Origin: Candidatus Eiseniibacteriota bacterium
GTDB taxonomy: Bacteria; Eisenbacteria; RBG-16-71-46
Assembly (NCBI GenBank): GCA_963717505.1
Contig: OY970342.1
Coordinates: forward strand, 3,744,001 to 3,808,000
DNA: 64,000 nucleotides
Direction of reading: 5' to 3'
In this document: in pieces, positions 63,035-64,000 of the stretch
How positions within the stretch are numbered: position 1 is the stretch's first letter
Layout of the letters: every line of letters starts with the position of its first letter
Program-made: the position numbers and the translations under genes
The notes under the pieces: model-generated
The model's input: only the letters and a program-made list of their open reading frames with translations
Database searches by the model: none
What the model was told of the DNA's origin: nothing

Positions 63035-63767
63035 GGGCCAGCTGGGCCTCACCCGAGAGCGGAAAATCCTTGACCAGCCGCTCGAAGGTCTTCTTTGCGT
63101 CGTTCGCCTGACCCAGCTTTTCCTGGCTGAGGGCGAGCTTGTAGAGCGCGGCCGGAACCTTGTCTCCCGAGGGATGACGCTGCTCGACCCGCGCGTACTC
63201 GACGGCAGCGCTGTCGAATCGAGATTGGGCGAAGAAGCACTCCCCGACTCCATACTGGGCGTTGTCGGACAAATCTCCGTCGGGAACCAGCGCCAGGTAC
63301 TCGCGGAAGTTCTGGAGGCCGAGCGGATACCGGCCCTGGGTCAGGTCCTGCATCCCCTGGTCGTAGAACTGGGCCGCGTTGCCGGCCGCCCCGCCCGGAC
63401 GCGTCTCGATCTGCTGGAAACGGCCCATGACCTCGTTCAGCTTGGCCTCCAGCCGCTCCATCTGCTCGAACATCTCCTGGGTGGTGCTGCCCGAAGTCGC
63501 CCGGGTGCTGAGCAGGATGTCCTTGTGCTCGACCATGTCCTTGCGGAGCTGTTGGAGCACCACGTAGCGCTCGGCGTCGTGGGCGGCCAACGTGTCGACC
63601 ACCGTGCGCATACTGTCGAGCCCGCCGCGCAGCGTCAGGACCGAGGGCGGGTAACAGCCCACGGTCCCGACCAGCAGCGCGACGGCACTGGACGCCGCGA
63701 ACCCACCCAACGCTCCGGCGCTGCTCCGAGCCGCTCCGGAACGCTGCCCGGCTGCCGCCACGCGCAT
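63003..63767 (-). CDS. cpoB: Tol-Pal TPR protein CpoB/YbgF
   Basis: Coiled coil plus TPR (NAQYGVGECFF, KVPAALYK); downstream of pal. Confidence 0.88.
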   Translation of the reverse strand: MRVAAAGQRSGAARSSAGALGGFAASSAVALLVGTVGCYPPSVLTLRGGLDSMRTVVDTLAAHDAERYVVLQQLRKDMVEHKDILLSTRATSGSTTQEMFEQMERLEAKLNEVMGRFQQIETRPGGAAGNAAQFYDQGMQDLTQGRYPLGLQNFREYLALVPDGDLSDNAQYGVGECFFAQSRFDSAAVEYARVEQRHPSGDKVPAALYKLALSQEKLGQANDAKKTFERLVKDFPLSGEAQLARERLGSTRRR

Positions 63768-64000
63768 CAACGAACGACGAAGTGCGCGCGCCGGTTCTGC
63801 GCCCATGCCGCCTCGTCGTGCCCGGGGTCGAACGGGCGCTCCTTGCCGTACGAGATCACCTGGATGCGCCCCGCGGGAACGCCGGCGTTGATCAGGTATT
63901 CGCGCGCAGCCTGAGACCGGCGCTCGCCGAGCGCCTGGTTGTACTCCGCGGTTCCGCGCTCGTCGCAGTGACCCTCGATCGTGATCGAGACCGAGGCGTT
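63767..64000 (-). CDS. pal: Peptidoglycan-associated lipoprotein (3' part, truncated by window edge)
   Basis: Manual translation: [39 protein letters not shown]-stop. Confidence 0.95.
   Translation of the reverse strand, partial: NASVSITIEGHCDERGTAEYNQALGERRSQAAREYLINAGVPAGRIQVISYGKERPFDPGHDEAAWAQNRRAHFVVR

Overview
This 64 kb window is very GC-rich, gene-dense bacterial chromosome with about 55 CDS. I saw no rRNA, tRNA, CRISPR array, transposase or integrase. The organism is a diderm (Pal, CpoB, Omp85-like and YjbH barrels). Secreted proteins with T9SS/FlgD-like C-terminal tails plus a full bacillithiol operon suggest an FCB-related lineage such as Ca. Eisenbacteria; this is an inference from gene content. 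Core genes include PPi-type PFK, a cold-shock protein, FKBP, two citrate synthases, ABC-F, thrC, rsgA, murJ/uppP, hsp20-dnaK, dcd and the end of a tol-pal operon. Several genes (Gfo/Idh/MocA, M29 aminopeptidase, ABC-F, gltA, bshA, dnaK) are split by single extra bases, most likely long-read errors. The most notable signals are: (1) a dispersed bacillithiol-centred redox set, including a circularly permuted YpdA-like flavoprotein fused to a membrane polyferredoxin and a gamma-carbonic-anhydrase/DinB fusion; (2) a YjbH double barrel with reversed domain order, followed by a small lipoprotein with a mirror-symmetric 8-Cys ladder around a poly-Asp/His loop; (3) an orphan BMC-T microcompartment shell gene between two citrate synthases; (4) an unannotated 32-aa Arg/Lys-rich ORF with its own promoter; (5) a roughly 140-nt rod-like ncRNA candidate; (6) a recurring leaderless-type promoter signature; and (7) a sigma54-type promoter in front of hsp20-dnaK. 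All family calls come from motif recognition by eye; no database searches were run.
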